Source of the DNA: a virus
DNA: 64,000 nt
Virus record (IMG/VR): IMGVR_UViG_3300031965_000005
Coordinates: 1 to 64,000 of that record
Reading direction: 5' to 3' (one strand)
The translations under genes and the position numbers were made by a program. The notes under the pieces are model-generated. The model ran no database searches. It was not told where the DNA came from and worked only from the letters and a program-made list of their open reading frames with translations. This document shows, one piece after another, positions 62,962-64,000 of the stretch (its first letter is position 1; each line of letters begins with the position of its first letter).

Positions 62962-63777
62962 TCAATTTCTCTTCGCCGGAGTCTCATACAACCACCTAAA
63001 ATCTACTCCAGTCTTAGTGGCTAAGTCTTCCGCTTTACAGCGGCGATTATATCTACACATATAACAACTTTTGTAAGTAGGGTCAAATTTCTTAGAATCC
63101 ACTTTGTTAATGATATTATGTATCCTACCTAGGAGCTTTTCGTAATCTTCCTCAATATACTTTCTAGGAGCATAAACGATCTTATCATGTTGTGGATAAA
63201 TCAATCCGGCAATATCTTCCTCCACTTTTAATAACCGCCTAGTGGCTAAACTATAAATCACAAGCTGATCATATTCAGATAGTTCCGACTCTTCAAGCTG
63301 AATAAGCCCCATCTTAGAGTCCAAAAGTCTAATTCTATTTGAGTTCTTAATTATTAGGTCTACCCCACCAACTATTGAGATATCTCCCAAATCTAACCTA
63401 AATTTCCATTCTGTCTTTAGTGGGGGAACCAACAACTCTTCTCTTTGCGCGAGTCTATGAAATTGTTCCAATACTTTGTAACCCTTATTTAACCACTCAG
63501 TCTCTTTCTTATTATCTTTAAAGAAAAACTGATCTCTTTGTAATTGATCACTATAAATAGACGGCCATATCTTACGAAGATAGGCCAAATCAAAATCTCT
63601 AGATATGTACATCGCATTTATTACGCGATGGAGAGCTCTACCGTGAATTGCAGCAATGGATTGAGGCCAATCGGGGATAACCTTATCTACTTTTTCGTAG
63701 CGAAATGCTCTAGGGCACCAGTTGTATAATGCCATCCAACTATAACTAACGCTAGTGGCCTTCGCTCCATCAGGCAT
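62962..63777 (-). CDS. Cas4/RecB-family exonuclease (PD-(D/E)xK with 4-Cys cluster)
   Basis: N-terminal YNWCPRAF, then GGVDLI, LLDSKMG, QLVIYSLA, and C-terminal CYMCRYNRRC. Confidence 0.7.
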   Translation of the reverse strand: MPDGAKATSVSYSWMALYNWCPRAFRYEKVDKVIPDWPQSIAAIHGRALHRVINAMYISRDFDLAYLRKIWPSIYSDQLQRDQFFFKDNKKETEWLNKGYKVLEQFHRLAQREELLVPPLKTEWKFRLDLGDISIVGGVDLIIKNSNRIRLLDSKMGLIQLEESELSEYDQLVIYSLATRRLLKVEEDIAGLIYPQHDKIVYAPRKYIEEDYEKLLGRIHNIINKVDSKKFDPTYKSCYMCRYNRRCKAEDLATKTGVDFRWLYETPAKRN

Positions 63778-63982
63778 ATTGGAGCTCTTTTAAATGCTTA
63801 TAGAAATCCTGTATGGGCTTCAACTCTCTTAATTTACTTAACATCTGGGTGATTCTCTGCTGGCTTATGCTCAACTCTGAAGCAATGCTAGCTTTGCTTC
63901 TTCCAGAGCAAAGGCCATCAAACAAGCTAAGATATGAATCAATATTTCGGGGAGTTGATGGTTCCGTATATTCCCTAGACAA
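63770..63982 (-). CDS. small HTH protein (sigma region-4/LuxR-like)
   Basis: 70 aa. SKASIASELSISQQRITQMLSKL. Confidence 0.5.
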   Translation of the reverse strand: MSREYTEPSTPRNIDSYLSLFDGLCSGRSKASIASELSISQQRITQMLSKLRELKPIQDFYKHLKELQYA

Positions 63983-64000
63983 AGCAAAGCGAAGTCTACT

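Noticed and set aside
3694-63729. All plus-strand ORFs in the track (60-271 aa, e.g. 6047..6862, 41047..41508, 60763..61140)
   Set aside because: Each lies antisense inside a longer minus-strand ORF that has recognisable domains or tight operon coupling. Their translations are low-complexity (Ser/Leu/Pro/Thr-rich mirror images), and I saw no RBS or intergenic context for any of them.
1-64000. Prophage boundaries, integrase, attachment sites, CRISPR arrays, transposases
   Set aside because: No tyrosine- or serine-recombinase-like ORF, no regularly spaced direct repeats and no IS-like inverted repeats were seen. The window appears to be entirely internal to the phage genome.

Overview
This window looks like a contiguous stretch of a tailed dsDNA phage genome, or a prophage interior. 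It is about 40% G+C, and essentially every credible gene is on the minus strand, packed tightly with many ATGA/TAATG stop-start overlaps. Reading in the direction of transcription (64 kb down to 1):

- **Replication and recombination module (about 64-37 kb):** Cas4/RecB-like nuclease, T7 gp4-like primase-helicase, family A DNA polymerase with an N-terminal UDG-like domain, two paralogous SSB-like proteins, DEDD exonucleases, dNMP kinase, endonuclease VII, RuvC, RecA, MazG, YopX, an M14 peptidase, SbcD, an Rnl2-like RNA ligase, SbcC, and many tiny Cys4 zinc-ribbon ORFs.
- **Accessory operon (37.3-34.8 kb):** encodes exported peptidases and ends at a terminator-like hairpin.
- **Packaging and virion module:** sigma-r4-like HTH protein, large terminase, portal, a MuF-type polyvalent protein, prohead protease-scaffold fusion, major capsid protein, lectin- and fibre-like surface proteins, and head-tail connector proteins.

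No rRNA, tRNA, CRISPR array, integrase or transposase was seen.

The most unusual items are:
- a 660-nt G+C-rich, hairpin-dense non-coding block at 15.5-16.2 kb
- the exported protease / transglutaminase-like operon
- the multi-enzyme MuF protein
- a zinc-finger insertion in the polymerase
- duplicated SSBs
- an RNA-ligase locus with a stub kinase
- a diverged 275-bp segmental duplication

All functional calls rest on motifs I recognised by eye. No database search was run.
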